A DNA stretch of 64,000 bases. It comes from Octopus vulgaris. Its lineage: Eukaryota. Positions 14,494 to 26,057 of this stretch are shown here, one piece after another; position 1 is the first letter of the stretch, and the number at the start of each line of letters is the position of its first letter. The stretch lies in assembly GCA_951406725.2 (NCBI GenBank), contig OX597817.1:148304001-148368000 (forward strand). The letters run 5' to 3'. The translations under genes and the position numbers were made by a program. The notes beneath the pieces are model-generated. The model was not told the DNA's origin, did not search any database, and was given only the letters and a program-made list of their open reading frames with translations.

Positions 14494-14795
14494 ATGCACA
14501 TGGCCTAGTGATTAGAGCAGCGGATTCGCGGTCGAGGGATCGCGGGTTCGAATCTCAGACCGGGCGATGTATGTGTTTATGAGCGAGGCACCTAAGCTCC
14601 ACGTGGCTCCGACAGAAGGTAATGGTGAACTTCTCCTGACTCTTCCGCCACAACATTCCCCCACTCTTTCCTACAGCATCAGCAGCTCACCTGCGACGGA
14701 CCGGCGTCCCGTCCAGGTGGGGAATCCTATACGCCAAGGAAACCTGGAAGCCGGCCCTATGAGCCAGGCCTGGCTCGAGAATGATCAGACAACAA
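14491..14795 (+). mobile_element. tRNA-derived SINE, family C head with V-domain-like body
   Basis: Head TGGCCTAGTGATTAG (A box), GGTTCGAATC (B box); CCTGCGACGGACCGGCGTCCCGTCCAGG resembles the V-SINE central domain; a tail fragment recurs at about 14925-14985. Confidence 0.85.
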
Positions 14796-14837
14796 TATAT
14801 AATAATATATATATATGTATGTATGTATATATGTATG

Positions 14838-14900
<63 letters not shown>

Positions 14901-15038
14901 AAAACACATATACATATACAACACATACGCCACAGAAACCAGGAAACCGGGCACATAAGCCTGGCTAGGCTTGAGAAAGGCGACGTTTATCGTTATATAT
15001 ATACGCACACATATATACATACATACATACATGCATAC

Positions 15039-15094
<56 letters not shown>

Positions 15095-15115
15095 GTGTAT
15101 GGATTATGTATTATG

Positions 15116-15152
<37 letters not shown>

Positions 15153-15949
15153 ATAAACATACATGTATATTTATACATAGTGAAACTAGTAAAAGTGAAA
15201 CTATTAATAACGTAACAATATAAAAGTGAAAGTATTTATAACTTACTCCGTCGAATCTTTAACTTTTATTCCTTGTGTTTTGAGACGTAATACGAAAACT
15301 TGCAAATGTTGCAGTGTTTTAATCCAAAAATCTACATGTTGACACTCCTGGGCTCTCTGATGACTAATTCTCCTTTTTTCTTTCAGAACTGTTTGTGCAG
15401 GTACGAAGTGGCTTCTGTGGTGTGTTCTTGCTAGACCTGTGAAATGGTATTATCTTCTTCATGTAGTTCATCACACAAGTTAAGAAAAAATTTTCTTGTG
15501 ACTCTTGTCTTCATTTCCAATCAAATCATGGGAGCCAAAGTACCCTCGAATCGGCAAATTTTAAGCGTTTTTTCCCTTACAATATAAGAGTTGTAAATTT
15601 TACAAATGAAGGAAAGTTCAGCTTTAATGATTCAAGAGGTTTCCATTTTTTGGCAAAAAGCAATTATTCCTAATAGAAAAACAGACTACTGTGTTCATAA
15701 GCTACTCAAATTTTATGATGAATGGAACGGTTTACAGAAAAATTATACTAGAGTTTAGTGATACTGAAAACCTGGTAATAAATCGCACTTCCTTCCAACG
15801 CCTTACAAAACAAATTTAGAGAAGTGAGACACGGAAATTATGCACAAATTTAACTTCAAAGACTGTCAAGATTTAGTGTTGCACTGTGATGGAAAGTTGC
15901 CGCCTAACACTCACACGTGTTGAAAAGGTTGATAGACTGGCAATAATAG

Positions 15950-16214
15950 TAACTGGCGTCCCGGTTTCTGTGGTGTATGTGTTCCCCTCAGCTGGACGAC
16001 ACGCCAGTCCATCGCAGTGTTACTCAAGAAACAGGAAGAGAGAGTGAGAGAAAGTTGTGGCGAAAGAGTACAACAGGGGTCACCACCACCCCTGCCGAAG
16101 CCTCGTGGAGCATTTAGGCTCAATAAACACACACAACACCCGGTCTGGGAATCGCAACCGCGATCCTCCGACTGCGAGTCCGCTGCTCTAACCGCTGTGC
16201 CATTGTGCCTCCAC
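15950..16214 (-). mobile_element. SINE family C with V-domain-like body
   Basis: Minus head GTGGAGGCACAATGGCACAGCGGTTAGAGCAGCGGACTCGC; CTGCGATGGACTGGCG motif. Confidence 0.85.
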
Positions 16215-16219
16215 AAGTG

Positions 16220-16411
16220 CCCCCTTTTAAACCTTAGCCAGGCTCATGTGTTACCCACCTGGATGGGACGCTAGTCCATCGCAGCGTTACTCATTTTCGC
16301 CAGGTGAGTGGAATGGAGCAATGTGAAATGACGTGTTTTGCTCAAGCAATCGAAACCACAATCTTACGATCATGATACTGACACCCTAACCGCTAGGCCA
16401 TGTGCCTCCAC
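16220..16411 (-). mobile_element. Second tRNA-SINE (family C-related) in tandem with the previous copy
   Basis: Head GTGGAGGCACATGGCCTAGCGGTTAGGG; CTGCGATGGACTAGCGTCCCATCCAGG V-like motif; internal deletions. Confidence 0.75.
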
Positions 16412-16493
<82 letters not shown>

Positions 16494-16502
16494 GTACATA
16501 TA

Positions 16503-17289
16503 TACTTCGATACCTTCTTTGATAGGTTTCGGCCAATATTGGCGCAACATCTGGCAAAATTGAACGTAATAGCACCACCTGGCAAAGCCATACAAATCAG
16601 GAATCAGACATGGCCCACTCGAGGAGAGAGTTATTGTTTACGGAGACTTATCCGGAATTTTTTAAAGGAAATTCTCCAACGACTTCTTGAACTTTATGGT
16701 GTCTGTTTCTGCATTAAAGTGCTCTGGTGTAATGTTAAAGAGAGCTGGGCCAATTGAGATGAAATAATCGTGCCGTATTGTTGTTATGTGATGCGAGTAT
16801 GATTTATGTTGTGAGCGGATAGCACGGGGTCCAAATTTTCGGTGTGTTAAAGACGATGCCAACATCATTTGGGCAATGCTGATGAAACATTTTCCGCATC
16901 ATGCAAATGATGTACCGCTCACGGCGGCGTGGAAGAAGATGAAGTGTGATCTTCTCTAGTCGACCTCAATAGTCAAAGCCTGTCAAGTAATCTATGTTTT
17001 TTGTAATTGGTCTTTGAGGTGCTTCAGTTTTCATGATACTTTGTCAAGTTTGGGGAGACCAAAGTGGAAAACAGTATTTAAGGTGGGGTCAAGCAAACGT
17101 AGAGAAGAGAATGATAATGGTGTGGATATCTCTCGAAAGGAAAGTTCTAAGATTCCTGGAGCACATTCTGCTGGGCATGTCAACTTTGATGTTTATATGA
17201 GCAGCCCAGCTTATGTTGTTGTCAACAATTACTCCCAAGTCTCTGATGTTGCTGTATGCCATTAGACTTCACCTGAAGGAAGAGAGTAT

Positions 17290-17290
<1 letters not shown>
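16503..17290 (-). mobile_element. CR1-group LINE, 5'-truncated (RT C-terminus plus 3' UTR)
   Basis: Minus translation IRDLGVIVDNNISWAAHI..RMCSWNLRTF..PHLKYCFPLWSP..RRRERY..GPALFN..FKKSLENFL with stops; 3' stem-loop and TATCAAAG-like tail. Confidence 0.85.
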
Positions 17291-17342
<52 letters not shown>

Positions 17343-17896
17343 GAGTGAGAAGTGTACGTGTATGTGCCTTGAAAGTGCAACGAGAGTGAGTATTAGAAAT
17401 TGTATGGTTAATTCAAGGTGCACTCTTAAGGATTTTAACTCCCTCACTTTCAAATGTTGAGCAAGTTTAAGAAGCTCTGTTTACCTTTTCGTACGCATGT
17501 GAAATATCTCAAGGTAATCTCCGTTGTTTTACAAATATGCTTACAGCTCTGAAAATGTGGTAGTTAATCGTTTTATCACATCAATGCCAATATAGAAATT
17601 TTTCTAGACACTGAATGCTTTCAAAAGTGATTTATTATAAACCGCATCGGTAGGCAGAGATATGCGATTAAGGAAAGACCATAAACACTCATGAAAGCAC
17701 CGACAATTTTTTTTTTACGCACCGCTTCGAAACAATGCGTGACTTACTGCTTAAGAACAAACACAAAACCTCGTGCAGACACGGGGTTTTCAGTTCCGTC
17801 CCATTGCATTTTAATTCCATGCAGCAGGTGAATTTAATATATGAAGCTGTCTCGAACCCCGTCGTATGTATCTCTGTCTCTCCCTATCTATCTATC

Positions 17897-17968
<72 letters not shown>

Positions 17969-17982
17969 CCAACTCTCCCTCG

Positions 17983-18034
<52 letters not shown>

Positions 18035-18237
18035 GTCGGACAGTCGCTGTGAAAAGATTGGGTGTTTAAACTTTTCAGATGGAAAAAGATGCCAGCAGAC
18101 AGCTGGTAACATTTCTCTTATAAGGGTAAATGCCCAATTATTCATTTTTCTTTTTGTCTGTTATCATGGCTATACTGTGTTCCAAATTTGCTTTCTTGTC
18201 TATGAAATTCCAAACATATTCGACACTTGTTTGTTTA

Positions 18238-18410
18238 TATTTGTTGAAATTTACAGAAAAACAAAAGTCGAAGACAGATGCATGAAGAACAAGCAGATGT
18301 ATTAGATTGACGCAGGGGTAAATGAAACGTCTTTTATGTTTCTAGCCTGCGCTCTTCAACAGAATGGAATAAGAGAAAATAAACTGGGAGAGAATTAAAG
18401 AAAAAACTTT
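18238..18410 (-). mobile_element. HHR-bearing pLTR-like short element (CUGUUGA subfamily)
   Basis: Reverse-complement homolog of 57290-57452; CTGTTGA-A-GAGC-GCAG-GCTA-GAAACATAAAAG. Confidence 0.65.
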
Positions 18411-18719
18411 TGGATTTAGCGATCAAGCATGGTGACTGGTTAAAAATTATGTACATATACTTTTATTATAGCTGTGAAATTATCACAAAACTGTCACTTA
18501 GAAATTCACGTTGCCGTTCGTCGGACAATTGTGATGAAACGTTTTCATCAAAAATGTCTGACGTACGGGAGTGAGTAACAATCTTGTGATAATTTCTTAG
18601 CTTTAATCAAATTATTTGGTAATCTAGTACAACTTTTACCACCTTCTTCTGCGCTTACGTCTTCATCTGTGTGTGTATATATAGAGACATACACACACAC
18701 ACACATATATATTTTTTTA

Positions 18720-18945
18720 TGTGTGTGTGTGTGTGTGTTTTGTGGGTGTGTGTGTTTGTCTGTGTTTTTCTCCACCTCTTGACAAGCAGTGTCGATTTTC
18801 TTATGCCCCAGTAATTTAGCGTTTCGATAGAACAAGTACCAAATTTGAAAATGAAGATAAGTACTAATGCCTATTTGACCGACTATACACTTCAAGACGC
18901 TGCTCCAGCATGGCAACGGTCCAATGAGTGAAACAAAGAAAATAA
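18720..18945 (+). mobile_element. SINE family B 3' half (diverged)
   Basis: (TG)n then body and tail GCTGCTCCAGCATGGC..AATGAGTGAAACAA, as in the 58.8-kb copy. Confidence 0.7.
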
Positions 18946-19374
18946 GTGGAATGGCAAAATATTACTGTTTATATGGTTATTCATAATGGTTGAGGCCATT
19001 AATCTGACTGATTGTTAAGAAAATTAAGACGGTTATGTTGTCTTGTGATTCTCCGACACAATTGGGAAATCGCTAAAGAGGAATTCACAATCCTTTCGTC
19101 GACAGAAAAATGTCACACGGTGTTACACAATGAGATCTGCCTTTCGGACAATATTATCTCATATCACTTTTAAAATGTCGCTGTCAGTCGATCGATCTCA
19201 CAAGATGGTTTGTATAAAGGTCATAGCCATTACGGATGACAGCATGTTTGCGGTATCCTTACAGTATATCAAGGTAGTATAGGCATATGAACAATGTAAC
19301 ACAGAAGCCACAAACGCATGAATGCATGCACACATACACACACACTCGCACATACAAACGCATGCATACACGCA

Positions 19375-19925
19375 CACATGCACGCACACTCATGCATATC
19401 ATTGATATATACATACACATGCACGCACACTCATGTATATTATAGATACATACACACGCATGCATGCACACTTATGCATACTATACATACATACACACAT
19501 ATGCACGCACACTCATGCATATTATAGATACATACATACACACACAGGCATGCACACTTATGCATACTATACATACATACACACATATGCACGCACACTC
19601 ATGCATATTATAGATACATGCATACACACACATGCACGCACACTCATGCATATTATACATACATACACACACATGCATGCACTCATGATATTATACATGC
19701 ATACATACACACACATGCACACACACTCAGGTATATTATATATACATGCACACACATGCACGTACACTCATGCATATTATAGATACATACATACACACAC
19801 ATGCATGCACACTTATACATATTATAGATACATACACACACATGCACGCACACCCATGCATATTATAGATACATACATACACACACATGCATGCACACTC
19901 ATGCATATTTTAGATACATACATGC
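19375..19925. repeat. Microsatellite-derived minisatellite, about 39-47-bp unit anchored on GCACACTCATGCATATTATA
   Basis: Roughly 13-14 imperfect tandem units; unit length varies through (CA)/(CATA) slippage. Confidence 0.85.
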
Positions 19926-20124
19926 ACAGACACACACTTACGTACGTGTAATACGTGTATGTGTACAAAATGTTTACTCAGAGCTGTACGAAATTAAACA
20001 ATTATACTTATATTAATTGCAAATATGTATTGTGTAACTATTAATATATACGCCTACATCTACACATACACCCATATACATATATGAATAAATGATGTAT
20101 GTATATATGCATATATATATATAT

Positions 20125-20160
<36 letters not shown>

Positions 20161-20951
20161 AAGAAATATGCCCTTGCGTATGCATTTATGCAAACGTAAA
20201 AACAAGCATTAAAACTCAAATATTTAAGTTAAAACCTATAATGATATCGTTATAATTCCCACTTTCTACGTTTTCGTTTTACTCCCACTTCATTTATTCA
20301 ATTTTCCTCTTCATTTCTCTTTCAAACTTCCTGCTTCTGATTCACTACAATTTCGTATGATATCAGGGCTATGTTGCCAATAGATTTAGAAGAAACGCAT
20401 GCATTTGTACGTATACACTGCTACAGAAGCCAACTGCATTATGTTTGGAGGCATATATCGTTTTATATGAGTTGAGGGAATAAGCATTTGCCTCGTATAT
20501 ATTTATTAAGCCTGGAAGGATGTAAAGCAAATATTTATTTCAAAGATGCTTAAACGCAGAAGTGTAAAGAAACAAGGAAGGTATTGAAAAGAATCTCTCT
20601 TCCAAGGATATGTTGTACACTTTCTATCTGTCCGTATGACTGCATTCATTTCCATATATATACACGGATATATATGCAACTCAGACGCACTTGTGCACAC
20701 ACATATATATAGAGAGAGAGACTTATGTGAGTATGAATAAATAACTATATTATCTGTTATAGACTGAAAATTCACTGAGCGTTACTGAAAGGCAAACAGT
20801 TTCGTGTTAAGGTATGTGTTAAATATATGGTGAAAGTTGTTTCTAACGGTATGTGTAGCAATAATTAAAATGTCCTTGAAACTGACGTTAATGTCACGTG
20901 AAAGCTATAGACATTTGGAAAGTCACGAATGTATAATGTGAAGTAGATGTG

Positions 20952-21006
<55 letters not shown>

Positions 21007-21282
21007 CATATATATATATTTGTGTGTATGTGTGTGTGTTTGTGTGTGGTGTGTGTGTTATTGTATGTGCGTATGCGTGTGTATTTGTGTGTGTATGTAT
21101 ATATGTATATAAATATATATATATACATATATATGTATATACATATTTATATATATATATAAATATACATATATATACATATATATGTATACATGTATAC
21201 ATATATACACGCGTAAATGCATACCTACATATAGATAATTATATGTATACATATAAATACGTCCATGCATACTCACATATAT

Positions 21283-21326
<44 letters not shown>

Positions 21327-21649
21327 CAAACATATATGTGTGCATATATATACGTACATACAAATACTTAAATTTCCACGAAATTGAGGAGAAAAATGCA
21401 TGCCTGCGTACGTGCTCATAGTAACGCAAGTACATACACATGCGCATATATGCACAAACAAACAGAGAAGCATATAAGAAAATATATGCACATAGTATTA
21501 TGTACATATGATGAAATCAGCAGATACCTAGAGGACAACACCACTCTTTTTCTTGTGCCTCACTCACTCAGTCAGTCACACTTTCTCTCCCCCTCTCTCT
21601 TTCTCTCTCTCTCTGCTGTAGAACAATGGCTTTTCTTCATTTTTCCTTC

Positions 21650-21782
21650 TTTTATTTATTACATTTTTCAGTCATTTGACTGCGGCGATGCTGGAGCACC
21701 GCCTTTAGTCGAGCAAAATCGACCCTACGACTTATTCCTTGTAAGCCTAGTACTTAGTTTATAGGTCTCTTTTGCCGCACCG
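21650..21782 (-). mobile_element. SINE family B 3' fragment
   Basis: CAGTCATTTGACTGCGGC..GCTGGAGCACCGCCTTTAGTCGAGC is the reverse complement of the family B tail. Confidence 0.8.
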
Positions 21783-21836
21783 TATCTATGTATGTATGGA
21801 TGGATGTATTTATGTATGTGTGTGTATACATATATG

Positions 21837-21880
<44 letters not shown>

Positions 21881-21887
<7 letters not shown>

Positions 21888-22480
21888 TTAATAAGGGTGA
21901 GAGAATTAGATACTAATTTAATAGTATATTTATTCCACACCAAGTGGCCTAGTGCTACGAGAAACCTGGATTATTATAATATTTTATAACATATTATAAT
22001 ATTTTCACAAAATAAATATAAGAGAGTGGTCACTATATTAATCACTCTAGCACCAGTTAATCCAAAAGGTTTCAACCACGAAGATACATGTTTCCCATGA
22101 AAGCCAGTACGACTGTTAGCTCACACGGACAGGGCAAATAAAAAATAACAAAAATACAGATTATTTTGGGACAATTGTTTCGCTATTAATGAATTAAATG
22201 TAACATTACTTACAATAATCCATTTGTAGCTCTTCAGCCAAGACTATCTGGATGAAATCCACTCAATCACACGCCAGATTTTACCATAACGATAAATACG
22301 CGTGCGGTTCAATTGATTACATCGGACGTTATAATTCAAATGCCCCAACCAACAGCGCGCCAAACTCACACGGAAAACAAATACAGCATTTAGAAATAAA
22401 TGCAGCATAATTATAATTAATTAATAAGGGTGAGAGAATTAGATACTAATTTAATAGTATATTTATTCCACACCAAGTGG

Positions 22481-22484
<4 letters not shown>
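21881..22484 (-). mobile_element. Retrozyme/pLTR-like element: 533-bp unit plus 71-bp terminal direct repeat, between (TA)n tracts
   Basis: 21881-21951 is identical to 22414-22484; no ORF; contains an intact HHR. Confidence 0.85.
22166..22241 (-). ncRNA. Type I hammerhead ribozyme (canonical core)
   Basis: UUGG-CUGAAGA-GCUA[long loop]UAGC-GAAA-CAAUUG-UC-CCAA: stem I UUGG/CCAA, stem II GCUA/UAGC, palindromic stem III ACAAUUGU, GUC cleavage triplet. Confidence 0.82.
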
Positions 22485-22524
<40 letters not shown>

Positions 22525-22688
22525 AGTAGTAGAATGAATTATCTTGTTATGGATAATTCGGTTAACCGATACCTGGGTAGCAAATTCACATCAGAGAAGA
22601 CACGTTTGAAGTTACGTGCTTTCGTGTGGAAATTTGTATGTTTCTTTTTAAATATAAATATATGAAAGAATGGAGTTCAACTCCATTC

Positions 22689-22725
<37 letters not shown>

Positions 22726-22741
22726 TATGTATATACATATT

Positions 22742-22827
<86 letters not shown>

Positions 22828-22920
22828 AAGTATATATAAAAATACAAAATGGGACAAGAACGCACAACATTCAAATAGACGATACAAAAAACGGATGGGT
22901 CATTCGAATATACATATATA

Positions 22921-23555
22921 TATGAATTAACTCTGAAATTGGGACCAATACGGAAATCACGGAAATTTTTAGAAATTTCTGTCGGCTTGTTTCGAGACGC
23001 ATGTTAATAGTGATAAATTATAATGGTTATTGACAATTTGTCTATTTTCGACAAATTTGGCATTTGAATTTTTTCTTTGTCCTTATTTTATAAGTTATTT
23101 ATAAATTTTAATATCCTGGCCATTGATAAAAATTTTTTCGAAAACTTTTATCCTACATTAGATGTAAATTTAATAGTCTTCACATCCGTACTCTCTCACT
23201 CTGTGAAAGTTTCTAGTTCGAATTTCACGTGCCTCGAGATATGCTGAAGAGTTTCTATTTTGGATATATTTGGGGTACTTAGGTCTGCGCATGACTTACT
23301 GCTTGCTTTTTCCATGGGTATGAGTAAGTATTTCATTTATGTCTTACGTTTTTATCGCTGACGAGGAGAAAATGCTTATGAATTAACTCTGAAATTGGGA
23401 CTAATACGGTAATAACGAACTTTTTAAGAAATTACTGTCGTCTTGTTTCGAGACGCATGTTAATAGTGATAAATTATGATGGTTATTGACAATTTGTCTA
23501 TTTTCGGTATATTTGCAATTAGAATTTTTCCTTCTGTCCTTGTTTTATAAGTTAT
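22921..23555 (+). mobile_element. Retrozyme/pLTR-like element: 456-bp unit plus about 178-bp diverged direct repeat, between (TA)n tracts
   Basis: 22921-23098 aligns with 23377-23555 with scattered substitutions; an HHR spans the repeat junction. Confidence 0.85.
23347..23417 (+). ncRNA. Type I hammerhead ribozyme
   Basis: CGUUUUUAUCG-CUGACGA-GGAG..CUCU-GAAA-UUGG-GA-CUAA-UA-CGGUAAUAACG: 11-bp stem I with one mismatch, stem II, stem III, AUA triplet (site after 23406); the 3' half is repeated at 22931-22961. Confidence 0.78.
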
Positions 23556-23575
23556 ATATATATATATATATATAT

Positions 23576-24322
23576 ACTCGTGAACATAGACTCCTTGAAC
23601 TTAGATCTAAACTAACTAGAAGACACTACCCAATCTCATTAGTAAATGAAGGCATCAAAAGAGCTTAGGGAATAGATATACAAAGATTAAGGAAAACTAG
23701 CCGAACTACTAAACAAGACTTAAAAATACTCCCGTACATCTCCACACATAACCCCAGAAACAACAAAGCTTTCAACATCATCACTCAAAACATTCCCATC
23801 CTCACTGCAGACAAAACAATGAACGAAATTTTAAGCTCATATAAAATTATAAAAAGCAAAAAGCAACCAAATTCACTGAAGAGAATATTAACCAGCGCTA
23901 GACTATACCCACTAGCTACTGAGCCCAAAGTGACAAAACGTGGACGTTCTAAGTGTGGAACATGCCCCCACCTTCTGGAGGTTTCAGAATTCCAATTCAA
24001 ACGAGGGGAAATATTTAAGATCAAATCAAATATCACCTGCGCCTCAGCAAATGTAATCTATATCATGACATGCATAGGATGTGGTAAACTCTATATTGGA
24101 CAAACAGGAATTTCGCTCCGTCAAAGAATCACTATTCACAAAGAGCAAATCCGTCACCCACAATACAGACAGTTAAAGGTGAGTGAACACATAGAAAGAT
24201 ATGTCAAGAATCTTAATCCCAATTTCCAAATATTTCCCTTTTTCCAATGCTCACAGAACACCACAATGCAACAAAGGCTGAATAAAGAGACATTTTTCAT
24301 CAACAAATTTCTTCCTAACTAA
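23576..24322 (+). pseudogene. Penelope-like element ORF C-terminus: linker, Cys-rich motif and GIY-YIG endonuclease (Neptune-like), 5'-truncated
   Basis: One frame with a single stop (23666-23668): LPYISTHNP..KQPNSLKRIL..KCGTCPHL..NVIYIMTCIGCGKLYIGQTG..LRQRITIH..RLNKETFFINKF; starts at a (TA)n tract; presumed 3' UTR to about 24785. Confidence 0.92.
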
Positions 24323-24410
24323 ATATGAACACACAACTCAATACAGAACACCACTAACTCTTCAATTGAAACCACTAAACCCTATACACTACCTACATCA
24401 CTCACATCTC

Positions 24411-24477
24411 TAATTCCAGAACTACTTACCTCCCTTTCAAATAATCCAGAACTACTTACCTCCTTTTCAAATAATCT
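24411..24477. repeat. About 30-bp tandem duplication (CCAGAACTACTTACCTCCYTTTCAAATAAT) in the PLE 3' UTR
   Basis: Two adjacent near-identical copies. Confidence 0.85.
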
Positions 24478-24793
24478 TTTTTCTCAGGAACTATTAGACC
24501 TGATACCGTATATTAACCGGTGTTGTTCAAACGATGAATAGTCTTCGCGTAAACCACTGATTCGTTTTGTTCTCTTACTTTATTATCATCTTATAATCAT
24601 CTCATAATAATGACCCTTATGACTCGTATTACTACCTCAGTCAATCTAAATGTGTATATATTTGTCACTACCTGTCATAAATAGCCTTTTTTCTATTTGC
24701 AATATGCATTTTCGTTGATTTTTCATATTTTAGCCTTACATTTCCACGCGTATTTTATATTTTCCTTTCGTAACATACTTCTACTATATATAC

Positions 24794-24834
<41 letters not shown>

Positions 24835-25026
24835 CATATATACATATATACATATGCACACATAATATGAGGGGACTAGTTCACTAGTGATCTAAACCAA
24901 TAGGTACGCTGCGTAAGCGCTATAATTCGTCAACTGTTAGGTTCCAAGTTGACAGCTAAGCGTGGAGCTAGGAAGCCGTCGTAAGCCTCCAAGTCAGCGA
25001 ATGCTGTCCATTTTTCTTTAATACAT

Positions 25027-25109
<83 letters not shown>

Positions 25110-25872
25110 TGTATATATACATATATGTACATACCTACATCTATATGTATATATACATGCATATATGTGTACAGGACATCAAAAAAACGTTGAACACAAT
25201 GAGAAACGAAAACAAAAACGAAAACATAGAAAACGAATTTTTTTCAAACAACGAAAGAACAAACAGAGAAACTATACATGCAACGTAAAGAATATTCCCA
25301 TTCATCAGTTGTCCATGTTTCATCTACTCCGCGGCTGGAACACAAGGACAATACGCAACTTCGTTGAAACAGTCCTTCCTACAAAGGGTGAAAACGGTAA
25401 CAAGAACAGCACAGTGAGGACAAGACAGTAAAAACAAACAGTGAGGGTTGTTAAGCCAAGACGATAGAAAAAATATTATGAACGCTAGGAGAACGAGCTT
25501 ATGAGAAGAGACAGGTATAAGCACCTCTTGTCTTTAGGATGGAAATGGACAGAAAGACAGATTAACTTTCGTCACGTGTCAGCGATGAGAGAGTCAAGGA
25601 GGAAGAGTGAGAGAGAGGGAACGGTGAAGAGGAGAGGAGAGGAATAGGGAAGGAGGAAAAACAGAAAGGATAAAGAACAAGAGAGGGAGAGGGATAGACA
25701 GAGAAGAGATAGTAGAGATAGAAGAGTGCACATCGTAATTATTCTTATGAAACTACTCGCAAAGGATGCGTGGCGTTCGATCATATAATAATTCAAATAA
25801 TATATAAATATATGCATATATACATACATCTATGTACATACCTACATATATATTATATATACATGCATATAT

Positions 25873-25991
25873 GCTTACGGCCATATCACGTTGAAAACAC
25901 CGGTTCTCGTCCGATCACCGAAGTTAAGCAACATCGAGCCTAGTTAGTACTTAGATGGGTGACCGCTTGGTAACCCTAGGTGCTGTAAGCA
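25873..25991 (+). rRNA. 5S rRNA, full-length dispersed copy (probably retroposed)
   Basis: 119 nt GCTTACGGCCATATCACG...GGTGCTGTAAGCA; terminal helix GCTTACGGC/GCTGTAAGC; box A AGTTAAGC and box C region TACTTAGATGGGTGACC; followed by TTTTT; conserved GGGAA reads GGTAA. Confidence 0.95.
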
Positions 25992-25996
25992 TTTTT
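25992..25996 (+). terminator. Pol III T5 terminator after 5S
   Basis: TTTTT immediately 3' of the 5S sequence. Confidence 0.7.
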
Positions 25997-26002
25997 AAAA
26001 AA

Positions 26003-26057
26003 TGGCGGTGCCCCAGCATGGCCACAGCTCGTGAGCTGAAACTAGAATCAATCAATC
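26003..26057 (+). mobile_element. SINE/LINE-type 3' tail fused to 5S, ending in (AATC)3
   Basis: GGCGGTGCCCCAGCATGGCCACAG..CTGAAACTAG matches the family B SINE tail GGCGGTGCYCCAGCATGGCCGCAG..CTGAAAC. Confidence 0.8.

Noticed and set aside
14491-14565. SINE heads (also at 32436, 58360-58437 and 29250) as genuine tRNA genes
   Set aside because: Acceptor stems are incomplete and the sequences continue into repeat bodies.
16520-16545. Hairpin plus GAAAC (also at 5720-5745 and 26635-26656) as a hammerhead
   Set aside because: No CUGANGA and no NUH/stem III; it sits at the end of CR1-type ORFs before a TATCAAAG-type tail, so it is the LINE 3' stem-loop.
19375-19925. CRISPR-like regular repeat array
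   Set aside because: The intervals are microsatellite variants, not unique spacers; no cas genes; eukaryotic context.
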